Below, in pieces: positions 37,982-51,000 of a DNA stretch of 64,000 nt. The DNA lies in assembly GCF_002113885.1 (NCBI RefSeq), contig NW_018408566.1:914983-978982 (forward strand). Reading direction: 5' to 3'. The position numbers and the translations under genes were made by a program. The DNA is from Mizuhopecten yessoensis. Taxonomy: Eukaryota. How positions within the stretch are numbered: the stretch's first letter is position 1; every line of letters starts with the position of its first letter. The notes under the pieces were generated by a model. It was not told the origin of the DNA. It did no database searches and saw only the letters and a list, made by a program, of their open reading frames with translations.

Positions 37982-40923
37982 AGTTCCAAATTCGTTGATG
38001 CCAGAAAAAGCCTTGGTTTGTTTACGTGATCCTTTTAAATCCAAGGACAAGAGCTAAGTACATCAACCGTTAATGTTTTACAGGAATTTTCAATTAAAAA
38101 TTCTGAGCTTATCTTTATACTTCGTGAAGCTGACGAAGTTTGGTACACCTAAATCTATTTGATTGAATGTCTGGTATAGGGCCATATTTCAACAACTTAA
38201 CTTCTTCGCCTGCTATTGTTTATTGGATAATAAACTGGCCCCGTACATATACGAGTCATTCACTATTATGCACTGTGTCGTCAATATACCCCACAACTGG
38301 GCCAATTTGTTCTGAGGTGCATATTCATTTATTACAATAAATCTCTAATTAGCAAATATTTGTCAATATGATATGTCACCAAAGTAATTGCATTGATATT
38401 CAGGGTAAACATCCAACAAACAGAGGTCTGATTGTTCGACCGCACCGATGCAATTACGATTGCTAACACAAGTATGACCTCTGAACCGTGTGTGCCTCGC
38501 CAAGTTGTGCGCGCATTTCGCTTCTGTCACATATTTTCGACAGCAAATCTAACATGTTAGTGAAAATGACAGGGTGAAAAATAGAAATCACGGCCAGTAA
38601 CGGCAATGTATACAAATCAAGCTGTGACATGTGAATCGTTAGAGGGCGCGGGTGTGTACAGTGGCACGTGCATACATGCTCGGTACACGGAGTACGATCT
38701 CTTACATTTTGAGTGATTTGATAGGAATGCATAAGTTAATGTTACTGTACTAGGGTTCATGATCAGTTTACATACCTCTTTTGTCACTAATGTCACTTAC
38801 ATGATCCCCAATACTCAAATCAACTATCGCGCCATCTAACGGCGTCCTATCACAACAGGCCCATTCCTTGCTGACAGTAAATTTGTATGTTTTTTTATTA
38901 GCAGTCTTAGTCTGGACCTCGGGGGCATAGTTTTGATTTGTTCAATTTATCACCTACTAATCGATTTATGAATTATCCTAATTCATCAATGTAGAAAATT
39001 GCACTTACTGCGTTTTGCTGGTGACGACAACAGGTCAAGGACGAAGTCGGACATGACAATTAAATGAAAGGGGAGATATGCAAGATCAGACGAGGTCAAT
39101 TATATACCGCGAACCATGTTCTCAACACTCCCTTGAATAAGTCAAAGTGTCAGTCAGGTGCAGTATGCTTCATTTTGTATGATTTATACATTAATATATC
39201 GATTATTTAGGTATAGGTTTACGTACATACATATATACAAGCTAACAGTTCTCCTGCATCGACGTTTCATCCCACTACATAATCGTCAGTCAACGACGCC
39301 TACATGATTTTAATGCATAGAATAAAAAGTTTCGTGATAAAAGTGTTATTTTCACACTGTGACAGATATCACCTCTGATTTCTGCCAGAGATTGAACGAT
39401 ATCAGTTACATCCATTTGAAAGAGGGAGTTTCTCTTATGACCATTTCCATATCCTATCCTGAACCGACAAATCAGCCCTCGGGCCTCGGGCATCGGGCCT
39501 CCACCCCCGTTGGCTGATGTTGGTGGTCAACGGTTGATACAGGGTAGGGTAAGACAATGGTATTGTTATAGCCTCTTTATCATACTACACGTGGCAAATA
39601 TATTTATACAATAAAAGATAAAAACATTTTCTATACCATACATCGTGTGTGTACTGAATCGGAAGTAGAGCGGATGTTGCGGGTCGCATTGGTAGGTTCG
39701 GGATATGACATAATTGATGTACAGCTAGAAATATTGCACACTCAAACAACTCATATCACAGACAAGTATATGATAACATTTATTATCATCTACACTACTT
39801 TACACCCCATACCGGTAGCATGATAAATAATAATCAAGAAGAAGTTGAGAATGTCTTAAGAACAACTTGAGAATAACTTGAGATCGGATTTTCCCATTTC
39901 CCGGCATTTGGGAACATTTTCTCAAAAAAGAACGACTGCTCGAGCCAAATGACGTCCTAAACCGGAAATAGTATTCACACATTAGTGATCCACGTAAGTC
40001 ATAGTCCGTCATAAACAAATCAATATAAAGATATGAACAAATATTGCGAGGATAACAACACCATTTTAAGCGTAAATGTGCATATAAAAACCAATGAGGA
40101 TAAGATTGTTTTAAATATAGTTTTTCTAAGTGGTATTAGAATTCATCGTGTTCCTCCGCACGAATCTTCTGTTTGTTAACGTTTGTAACAAACCAAGAAT
40201 TAGTGATTGATGGTCATTGAGCCTAGAAGTAGTTTGGAAAATATGGTGTTTAGTTGACCTTTTTACATTGAGATATATATAAGGTGGTAGTGTATAAATG
40301 ATAAACAGTTTATCACACAGTACTTGCAAGTTTTGGACATAATGTTGAACTGCTTTCCAAGGTGTAGGCAGTTTTTGTGTTAAGTTTTAGATATTGACAT
40401 GGAAGGAAGCATATATTCTTATAATAACAATTTGTGTCTTTGAAATATCTATAGATTATCACACTGTGTTTTCATGTTTATCAAAAATGTAATAAGTATG
40501 TACTTCCTTCCTTCGGACATTGAATAGAACAACACTGATACGCTACATGTACCATCTAAACAACTTTCACAACCCCGTTGGTTGTCTGTTTGAGGTGTTT
40601 CCAGGACACTGTCGGTTATAAACCTAAACAAAAATCGCCTACACCTTGGCAATTATTTCCACAAGATTTCCAAAACTTTCAAGTTCGTCAAACATACTGC
40701 CGGAATGCAACGCCTAAGACCTAGTTGGTTTGTTCTTGATGCGTGTATGACACCCCAGGTTATACATAAAACGCCTACACCATAAAGGTCAATTAAACAC
40801 CATGTTCAAAACTTGCAAGTCTATAAAGCATATTGCTGGGTAGAATATACAGTTACTCCCCCGCTTCTTTCTCTATTAGATTATACAGCTCGGCGCGACT
40901 CTCTACTTGACAGCCTACTATTA

Positions 40924-41367
40924 TTGTAGCATTCAATTTGTTCGACCCAAGGCTGGTGCTGCAAATTGTGACAACTTAGAACTATACGTAAAATTTATGT
41001 TACAACAACTGTTCCATATCTAGAGTTTCAATGTTTTCATTACATATATTCCGCATCAATATTCCCGTCCATGATTCACCAAATACTGTTACATGTATTT
41101 ATAATAGCATATTTAAACAATAAGTTGGCGAACCTCCAACTTGTAGCATTCAATCTGTTCGACCCCAAGGGTTATTGTTCCCTATCAGCTGGTGCCACAA
41201 ATTGTCACAGGACAATTAAGAACTATTTGGAAAATGTATTCTATTACAACTGTTCCGTATATAGAGTTTCAATATATCCATTACATATATTCCGTATCAA
41301 TATTCTCGTCCCTGATTCACCGAATACTGTTCCATGTTTTTATAATAGCATATTTAAACGATAAGTT
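40924..41367. repeat. ~217-bp diverged tandem duplication
   Basis: ttgtagcattcaat(t/c)tgttcgaccc...ataatagcatatttaaac(a/g)ataagtt starts at 40924 and 41141. Confidence 0.85.
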
Positions 41368-42179
41368 AATGAGCCACCAGCATCAGCTAAATTGACATGA
41401 GTCATTTGAAGTTTAAACAAAATACACATTAAATGTAATTATGTCATCATTTGATACGGGATAAGACATTCAGATATGATGTTAGTGACATGGTGCACGT
41501 GCAGCCCCACCGAGCAGGTTCTCCAGTTACCGTGTTTATTGTGTCACTGTGTATCCCGATATGAAGATATGTGTCCCCGTGTATACTTCGCAGTGAACGA
41601 TACCCCGTGTCGCAGGCAATAAACAAACGCTGTGAGCAGATGTCACCACCCTATCAACACCACATGTTGTGCTAAACGTGATTCGTCACTGTCTTTAATA
41701 CAATGCTCTGGAAAATACATCTTTAATAAGTGAATAAGAAATGCATATAATTTTTTTCTTAAAATTTAATTTTAGTTCTTTTATTTATGAATTGTAACGA
41801 CTTATAGGGTCTCGTTAGTCTTTTAAGGCTGGACATTTGAATTATTTTATGTATCTATAAATGTTCAAATATTTGCCATTCTAATAAAGTAAGTCTTATC
41901 TAACGCATCTCTATACTTTGATACTTCTGTTTTGTTTCGTTTTAACTTTGTATTTTGTCTCTCTCATTCAACCATAGCCAGGGCATGTAGAACATGCGAG
42001 AGCTTAATCTGCCGTGTATTGAAATCATTTTCGAAAAAAAGAAAAGAAATCACCTAAATCTTGCAAGTTAATTAAAACATCGTGGTTAAATATTGCGAAT
42101 CAATTTTACATACTCCTACGTAGGATCTGCACATATCCTCCTCCTTTCCCTGTCCCTTGCGCACGTGCAGAACGTCTTG

Positions 42180-42718
42180 GATAGGAGACACCCAAGCCTG
42201 TTGGGTATTGGTATAGATATGTAAATCGTCGGAGATAGGAGACGCCCAAGCCTGTTGGGTATTGGCATATATATGTAAATCGTCGGAGATAGGAGACTCC
42301 CAAGCCTGTTGGGTATTGGTATATCTATGTAAATCGTCGGAGATAGGAGACGCCCAAGCCTGTTGGGGATTGGTATATATATGTAAATCGTCGGAGATAG
42401 GAGACACCCAAGCCTGTTGATTATTGGTATAGATATGTAAATCGTCGGAGATAGGAGACACCCAAGTCTGTTGGGTATTGGTATATATATGTAAACCGTC
42501 GGAGATAGGAGACACCCAAGCCTGATGGGAATTGGTATAGATATGTAAATCGTCGGATACAGGAGACACCCAAGCCTGTTGGGTATTGGAATAGATATGT
42601 AAATCGTCGGAGATAGGACACACCCTAGCCTGTTGGGTATTGGTATAGATATGTAAATCGTCGGAGATAGGACACACCCAAGCCTGTTGGGTATTGGTAT
42701 AGATATGTAAATCGTCGA
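42180..42718. repeat. 54-bp minisatellite, ~10 copies
   Basis: gtaaatcgtcggagataggagacacccaagcctgttgggtattggtatagatat. Confidence 0.95.
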
Positions 42719-42954
42719 GGACAGGTGGGATTCACAACCACCCACGTACTATTTTTGTATTTGCAACAGCAGAGAGACTTCTTAACTTACTAATAAGGTC
42801 AAAGAAACACATATTTTGCGTTAAAGACAATTATCCATAACATTGTAGGCCTCGAATTTGGACATTCAAGTACCTTACCCTAAGGCTGATACATCATTGA
42901 CATACTCAAAAAAGGGAACGATTCAATCGAAAGCTTTCGAAACCGTTTACTATA

Positions 42955-43510
42955 AATAATAATAATAATAATCTTTATTCAGCAATAGACACAAATGTCT
43001 TTGTGACATAGATACATTGCATATGCAAGGATACATGTAGTGGTACAATGCATTAAATTACATAAATATATAATAAAGTAAAACAGTGACTTTCCATACT
43101 TAAATGCAGGTTTCACGACATCAGGGTGGACGTTACTCCTGATTAAATAAGTTAATGTTCCGTATCTCATTCGCTTTAAAAATGAAAGCGCAATATTTTT
43201 CAATGTACTCTTGCTCGTAGTCGATATTAATTCCAGGAACTTTGGTCTATTTGGGTGATGAAAATACCTTCTCTTGATATACATGTCTTATGTTAGAATA
43301 TAAGGTAATGATAGGCTTTACATATAATAATCTTTTACAAAACCTAAGGTGTACACGTTCAATATCCCCAGCCGAATGGAAGCCCCATACCTCACTATCG
43401 TAGCAAAGCACGGGCATTACCAATTTATCAAATAAATCACATATATGTTTGGGCGATAAATTAACAAAACGTTGTAAGTAATTTTCCATTTTGAATATAG
43501 CTTTAGTAGC
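42955..43510 (-). mobile_element. 5'-truncated, decayed non-LTR retrotransposon (LINE) 3' end
   Basis: LFDKLVMPVLCYDSEVWG...IERVHLRFCKRLLYVK and YIKRRYFHHPNRPKFLELI resemble post-RT C-terminal ORF2 motifs; frameshifted; ends with aataaa plus an (att)n tail at 42955-42980. Clade not determined. Confidence 0.72.
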
Positions 43511-43697
43511 TTATATAATGTTCAACAGATGATGTTTAACATGAGAACAAGTAGCCATAATAAAACGATCAAAATTGACAGATTATCATGATTACAATGC
43601 CGTTTGAAATGCTTTCCCACTTCGGAAATTTCCTAAGAACGTCGGAATCAGATCCACGCTATCACAAGGAGACAAATACACCAACATACCCTGCCTC

Positions 43698-43700
<3 letters not shown>

Positions 43701-43731
<31 letters not shown>
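43701..43731. repeat. (CA)n microsatellite
   Basis: About 15 CA units. Confidence 0.95.
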
Positions 43732-43733
<2 letters not shown>

Positions 43734-44809
43734 AACAGGCATACGCAACACGCATAGAAGTGCGTCCTTAAATGACCTTAACTGTTAATAGAACGTTAAG
43801 CGAAATTAAACCAAACCAAACCAAACTTTGGTTGTTCTTTTTTCCTCTTTATACAATTTTAAGTTTACGTATTTTACTACAATAAAGCATATATACTTAA
43901 ATTGGTATTTCATATAACCCGTATCAGAATAAATCCAGTAAAGCCGTTCTACGGCCAACCTCTGAGACTGATATTCCAGCAGAAGAGTCAGCCACTTTGC
44001 TACACCAAGACTATCACATACATGTATATAACACAAATACCTCCCCGATCTTAAAACTGCTAAATAATCACGTGACAATTACAGGCCGAGTTCACACGAC
44101 TTTGTTTCGATGGCTCATTGATTCCCATTGTTGTGTATGGAATCTGAGTTCGGATTTTGCCCGTGTTTCTTGACGATGTGGTATGTTTTTGTCCTTTATT
44201 TTCATCTTATGGATTTTTACAAAAATCGAACCCTATTAGAAAATAATATGATTAGACTATTACTATTTAACAAATGGTTTGAGAATCAATCGGATCTTTT
44301 TCTTAAAGTCGTATTAATGACACCGTTAATTAAAACAGCACCATAAACACACAAGGACGGAATCCGATCTAAAACACAATACGAGCATAGTACTACAACG
44401 GGAATGATAAAGGAACCAAGCCAACGAAAACAAAGCATGAACGCTCAAACAAAAACAATCAAAAAGGTTTTTGACCTGAAATACAAGTTACCTGTGATGA
44501 AAACATTGATTCAATATCTAAAACGTATTTTTAGATACATACATTGGTATCAGGGAATCAAGTCTATTTATATCACGGTTGTTTCAAAACATTTTTTTCT
44601 GAGTAAACACGGTTCACCGGCCTGCATTGTAGAAATTTCAACACAACATAACTTTGATATAGTTTTATCAACTGCGAATATTTAAAGTCGTTTGATGCAT
44701 ATTTTTTGTAAACCTGCGGAAATATTGCTACGACCAAAATATTATCTTGAACACAAATATAATGTTACGAAAAATGTACCACTTAAATGAGTAAAGCCTA
44801 TTTACTTAC

Positions 44810-45070
44810 CTTGATTGTTGAATAATTTGCTTATTTCCTGAAATGAGCAAGAATTGCATTAACTCTTCGGCTAAACATAAGAACAGACGTGAGAGCTGTA
44901 ACGACAACCCCGTAACGACAGCCTCTCTGACAAAACTTCTGACTGTGTTTATTAAGAAACATTGAGAACCATTTTTTATGCAGAGATGAGCAGAGACAAG
45001 TGAGATACACTTACTCAAATGGGAGAGGTGGAAAACAAGATTAGGGCGCGCTAATTACGTCACGGGGCCT
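44810..45070 (-). promoter_or_regulatory. Candidate NOS non-coding first exon and promoter
   Basis: Perfect AAG|GTAAGT donor at 44810; CRE-like TTACGTCA at ~45055 in a locally GC-rich patch. Confidence 0.3.
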
Positions 45071-48000
45071 AGGGTCGAGGGGGAGCCCCACGACCACTAC
45101 TAAGGCCCAGATCGATCACACTACTGCCCTGTAACGTGGACAACGGATGCCTGCTGGCTTTGTCAGGCGTTTTTGCTGTTATTCCGTAATACGATTTAGC
45201 ACACAGTTATGTTTTCAATTGGAGATACGCTATTTATTTGCCGTTCCATTACGTTTGTACACGACCAGTAACTGTCTGTTAATTATCTTTGCGAACAGAA
45301 ATCTATGTCTTGTTTGGAGAGTGGTGATTGTGTAGGGTAGACGACCCTTGTTTGACAAAATCACATCACCGAAGTCTTCCATAAACTCACACACACAATA
45401 ATTGTACAAACTATTTGCTCTGGGACAAAACTGGCCTTAAACAGCTAATGGGTAAAATTTGTGATTTCATAAACTGTACATATGCTAGTTTTATCAAGTC
45501 ATATTCAAAAGTTAGACAATTTGATAGATTGCTTGTCGAATGGAACTGACTGTCCACATACATATACTGTAGTCAGTGCCTCTATCGTTGTCGAGGAAGT
45601 CTCAGTTGTAGTTTTTGCCGCTCCCGTCGTCTGACAACATTTTTCAAAATCTACTTGGATGTGTCATGTAAATTAATAAGTAATAAACATTAATGATGAG
45701 CAATGCATATTAAAGATTAATTATGATGAATATAGCACCAAAACAGTAAATATGTGCAATAAAAGGAAATATATGAAAGATAATATATGTATTGCTTACT
45801 CCACGAACGACGAAAATTGCCGAAAGCGTAAATGTCTGCTTTACAGGTAAATTATTATTGCCACATGATCAAATTATACACATTCTGCGGTGGTTGTTTA
45901 TTACGAATTCGATTACATGTTTATACTGCAATAAATTGGAATCTTACACCGCTACATTGTTTTGTTTACTATAAACACTTAAAGCACATATCACAATATT
46001 ACAATTATACCTCTCAGTTGAATAAGTCAGTTGTTGCGGTAATTTTGTACGGTTTAGAGTCAGTCAGATGTCATTCTCTCAGTTTAGTCAACCAAGACTC
46101 CGTCATGATATCGATTCAGTTTTGATTTTGTATCTTTGCAATATTCATTAAAATGTCTTCAAATTGTTTAAGCCACTTGTCTGATTGCTGATATTCCATA
46201 AAATGAACACAATAGTTGAATTACGTAACAATTGCTAATAATTCCATGATCAGACTATTATGAACCTTAACAACCTTTGTTATACCAAAGAAGTCGATCA
46301 GTGAACGGTTTTCTGAGGAAGACATCCCTATTCACTTCATCAAAAATAACAACATTGTTCTAATACCAAACTATAATCTTACTACATAAGTTTGTGGATT
46401 TTGTTTTAAATTAATAAAAACATCTGTCATCTCATTATATGCAATAATTGACCGATTGTTTTCATCCTATTTATGCAGAACGAAAACCCAGTTCAGACAC
46501 AGGTAAGTAACGTTGTATTAGAAGCAGCACTTCCTTTCGAGGGTATTCGCACATTGAACAGCTTGCCGATACATACTCCATGTTTAACATAGCCAACGTG
46601 CGTGTTTTGTTTCACCATCCTCATATTTCTGGGTCACTGCTACATGTACAGCTGATTTACATGTGCTTTTCACCTGCGTGCATTATATTAGTGATGCTGC
46701 CAGACGTTATATAAATCCTAACTGTGCAGTATATGCTTTTGAGGTTTGTAGTGGTACATTTGTTTATACTTACTGTGTTTTCGAAACGAACGCTCGTTAT
46801 AGCTTATAGTGTGTTGTTTGCAATATTCGACCCTTAATAAAGCCTCTTTACTAAATAAGAAAATAAGTAATGATGTTTACTGCCTACATTTACCATTTTG
46901 AAACGGTGAGCTTGTAGTTACTTCATTAAAAACATTGATCTGTCTGTAATAGAACGTCAACGTGTTAGTGACTTAAGAGATGATCCATACAAATGAATGT
47001 GTTTTAAGGCAGTAACGCTATTACCAAGTCTATATAGATATAGTTTTATATGGAAATGCTGCTAGGAAAATACAAAGCAAAATGTAGCCTCTCATCTGTA
47101 CAGGTAACGTATTTTAAATGAAGTCTTGAATAAACAGGTGTATCCGTCTCTATATCAGAGTAGGTGGTCCGTTATGATATATGTATTTATTTACAAAAAT
47201 GTACATTGTTGTAATCGGCAACTTTATTCTGGAACCATTTGCAATCAAGTACTGATTAAGAACTACATGTATATCATCAAAAGTTTCTGATATATCCAAC
47301 ACAAGTGAATTTAGAATGTAATGTAGTTGAATAGGCACCATGAACTCTTTAGACACGGGATGTTTCATTCTTATCTGATCGGTAGGGACACTGACGGACA
47401 TAATGGCCAAATGGTGCAGTAAATGAACTTACTATTTTGTAATAGTAATGTGTATTATTTGCTTTCTAAAATCTGATTATGCATGGTTCGAACCTTTTTC
47501 TTTTGTCTAAATTCACCAAATACTTTTTATAGCACGGTAATTATTACCAACACTTTCTGGAATATTTATTAAAATAATAGCTAATTAATATGCATTTATA
47601 TAAAACAAAACAAAGAGTTTTAACACAATATAACATTTTATTTATCATATATTTAGAAAACGTACTTAAAATTAATACCAGATGACTAAACATGAAGAGT
47701 GCAGATGTATGGGGAATAACTCTCGCTGGTTTTGTAGTTCATCTATCGATCGTATAGTTATTAATATGTAAAACAATATATTCATATACAAATAAGTACA
47801 TGTATATATAACGATATTTAAAATGTTCTTATCTGTCTATAAACAGTGATAAAAACGTTTTTCGTCATAGTATATAAAATGATGCATTTATATTTCAATG
47901 CATGTGTGGAATGCTACGCCTTTACATGTGATGCTAGAAAAACTATTATGCAATGTAAATATGGTATGATGATGCCTAGTGATCTATAATCTTGCGGATA

Positions 48001-51000
48001 TTATGTAAGTGATAAGTTCAAAAAAAATCAGTAAAGTTGGAACTCAAAAGGTCCGAATAACTTATCCGTATATCTGCCAAAAACAAATAAGTTAATTAAG
48101 TATATGAAGAATAAGATATGGCTTTGATTAAAAAAATATCTAATCAATTCCATGCTTATAAGAAGTCTATTATTATATTTAAAGAAAATCAATGTATCAA
48201 GCGTTCAATGCAAACATTTTATTTCCTTTTATTTGATGGTTAAAGATAAAACGTTCAGGAAAATATGAAATGAAGGAATCTTGTTATTGTCTATAATTAA
48301 TAAACAAATTGTTATAAAGACTAATCTTTTAATTACACGAGAAATGTTTATAAATATATTCATAATTCATATTGTCAATTTTGTTTACAGTGTTATTTTT
48401 GAAAGCTTGTCTGAAGGGTAATAATAATGCAGTGCTTGGTTTTGTATGCTTGGTTTTGTATTATTTTATGTATTCTGTCCCTATAACTGTCTATCTCCAT
48501 AACACTGTTAATGTATTACACTACATTCAAATAACAGTATATCTTATGACAAAATATATCTATAACACTTCGTATATACCCTATTGCACTATATTCCGAT
48601 AACACTATATACCTATTATACTCTATCGGTATAGGTAACACTATAACCTACAACACCTTATACGACGGCCAAATGCAACGTAAAAACACAAAAGTACATC
48701 AAAGCTTCAAGGTCATAATTAAACTTTAACATCAATAACTAACGACAACAGAATTGGAAAGAACAACATTCAATGAAAGGCGCCACGACACCCATTATCC
48801 CCATAAAAAGACATTTTATTTTCAAAATTAGAAAAGCAACTTTATATGCTGATTATGCATGGTCAAGGCATATGATGTATGAAATAGGTACACAGCTGTT
48901 GAATACATATAGGAAATACAATCATTAATCGATTACTCGATGACACCTGTTGTATGATCAATCACTTCAAAGTTCATGAATAACATTAGAAAGAGGTGTA
49001 TAAAGTACAAAGTGATAATCTCGTGGTGTTATGGAAATTATATCTTATATTATCAATATATCTCCAGGCTACCATGGTTACAGGTATAATATATACCATA
49101 ACACATTGTCATCGCTACAATAATCAATGTGACGTACAGCTGTAATGTCACTGACCAAAGAACGACAACTCTTATTTTCTTTTTCTCCTGTACATCAATG
49201 ACACGACGGAACACTACGTGTGGTATTGTTTCTCGTCTATTACAGGTAAATATCCTTCTATGTTTATATTCGTTCTTTGTAGTAACACAAGCACTTAGTG
49301 CTCCCTCTGATATCACACGAACATGAGCATGGAATTCAACAGAATGAGAGCATAATACAAAATTACTATTAAAAGCTGAAAACAAACACAATTTACTTAA
49401 ATGATAATATATTACATTTAGGTACGTAAACTATATATTTAATTAATGAGAGCATTATGTGGTCTGTTGTCCAATTCTAACGCATTTATTCACCTTTAAC
49501 GTTTCATTACAACATTGATAAGATGGCAAATGTCAATTTCGAAGAGTTGAAACTATTATAATAATTCAATTTCTTTCATAAATCTGTTTCTGTATATAGG
49601 AATTATAAAATATAGGGCATAGATTGACCTAAATCTGATATGCTACAAACCATGGTAGTCATATGATCAATCATATATTATGAAGACAAACTAAAAGAAG
49701 CAACCCCAACAAACCATTTCCTTTATACCGAATAATGAAAAATCTTAAATCAGTTTAACCGCCTTGAATATAAACATTTTTTACGGACAATTAACCTTTT
49801 CATGTTTTGTTTCTTGATTTGATGCGTTCACGCTATGGTGTATTTTGTCAGTTTGTTTGACTATCAATTCAGGAACACAGTTGTTGAAAGATATCTGTTG
49901 TTATTGAATGTTCATTTGTCTTATTTACTAAATAGTATAGGGAGATTCTGATATTTTCAATTGTGTTTTTAACGAGGAAATGCAATGAACATAGCTTTTC
50001 TGATATGTGGTAAGATGCCTTCGATAGTGTTATGATCACCCACAGAGAGTCGTTGGACTGGAGTGACGTCGGTAAGTAACCTCAGCTCTGTTTACTATAA
50101 AAGTACTTCAGAGAGGGCTGGTATGGACAGTAACACTTTACGTAGGTTTGTATTCATCTAACAATATGACACACCACCCTTTAACATTAAATTAATAAGC
50201 ACTTCTCCTTAAATGGCTAATTGTTTATATAATAAAGGATTTAAACATTATTGACATGTGTTTAACATTTACTGAATGTTTCATGATACTGACTTGTCAA
50301 ATAACAGTAATATTTAATTCGATTTTCTTTCATAAATACCTTACATACAGTTTTGTATGGTAGTTATATTGATGAGATATCCCAGCGACTGTCAATTTGG
50401 ACAGGGCATCGTGAAGCGAGGCGTGCTGATTCATCAGGTATCACCGTAACATTGTGTGTTACATGATCATTATTAATGACAATCATTTGATTATCTATTA
50501 TTTGTCAATTGACGCATTAAAGGAAACAGTACTAGCGTAAACTCTATGTACCTACTAACCTATCACAGTGATTAATTTATTCGTCAATATAGTCATCGAT
50601 ATAGTTAAATAGCTGGTGTTAGTCACGTTTTGATAGTGATGTATATATTTACGGATTTAAGACTTATGTGAACACGGCACACCTATTTTGTTACATTTAT
50701 GGTTGTTTTTTTTTTCGACCAATTTTGCAAATTGCCTATGAATCGATTCTTAAATAACTTAAATGCTTTCATTAATCATATCTGGCTATTTCAATCTCTT
50801 ACATGAAGACACTTTTTGCGTATTTAGTTTAAGTGCATTCATGGCTATGTTTTTTTTAAAAAAGAACCGCCATCATCCAGTAGGGCACAAAACGTTACTA
50901 ACGTCATGCCATCACAGGTAATATTTTCGTCATCTGAACTTGATAAGATAATGTAGGAATTTTAAATATCGGTTGATGATGTGTCTGATATGCTTCAGGA

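Noticed and set aside
42072-42745. 201- and 209-aa repetitive ORFs
   Set aside because: Minisatellite with unit length divisible by 3; no convincing start, splice context or family resemblance.
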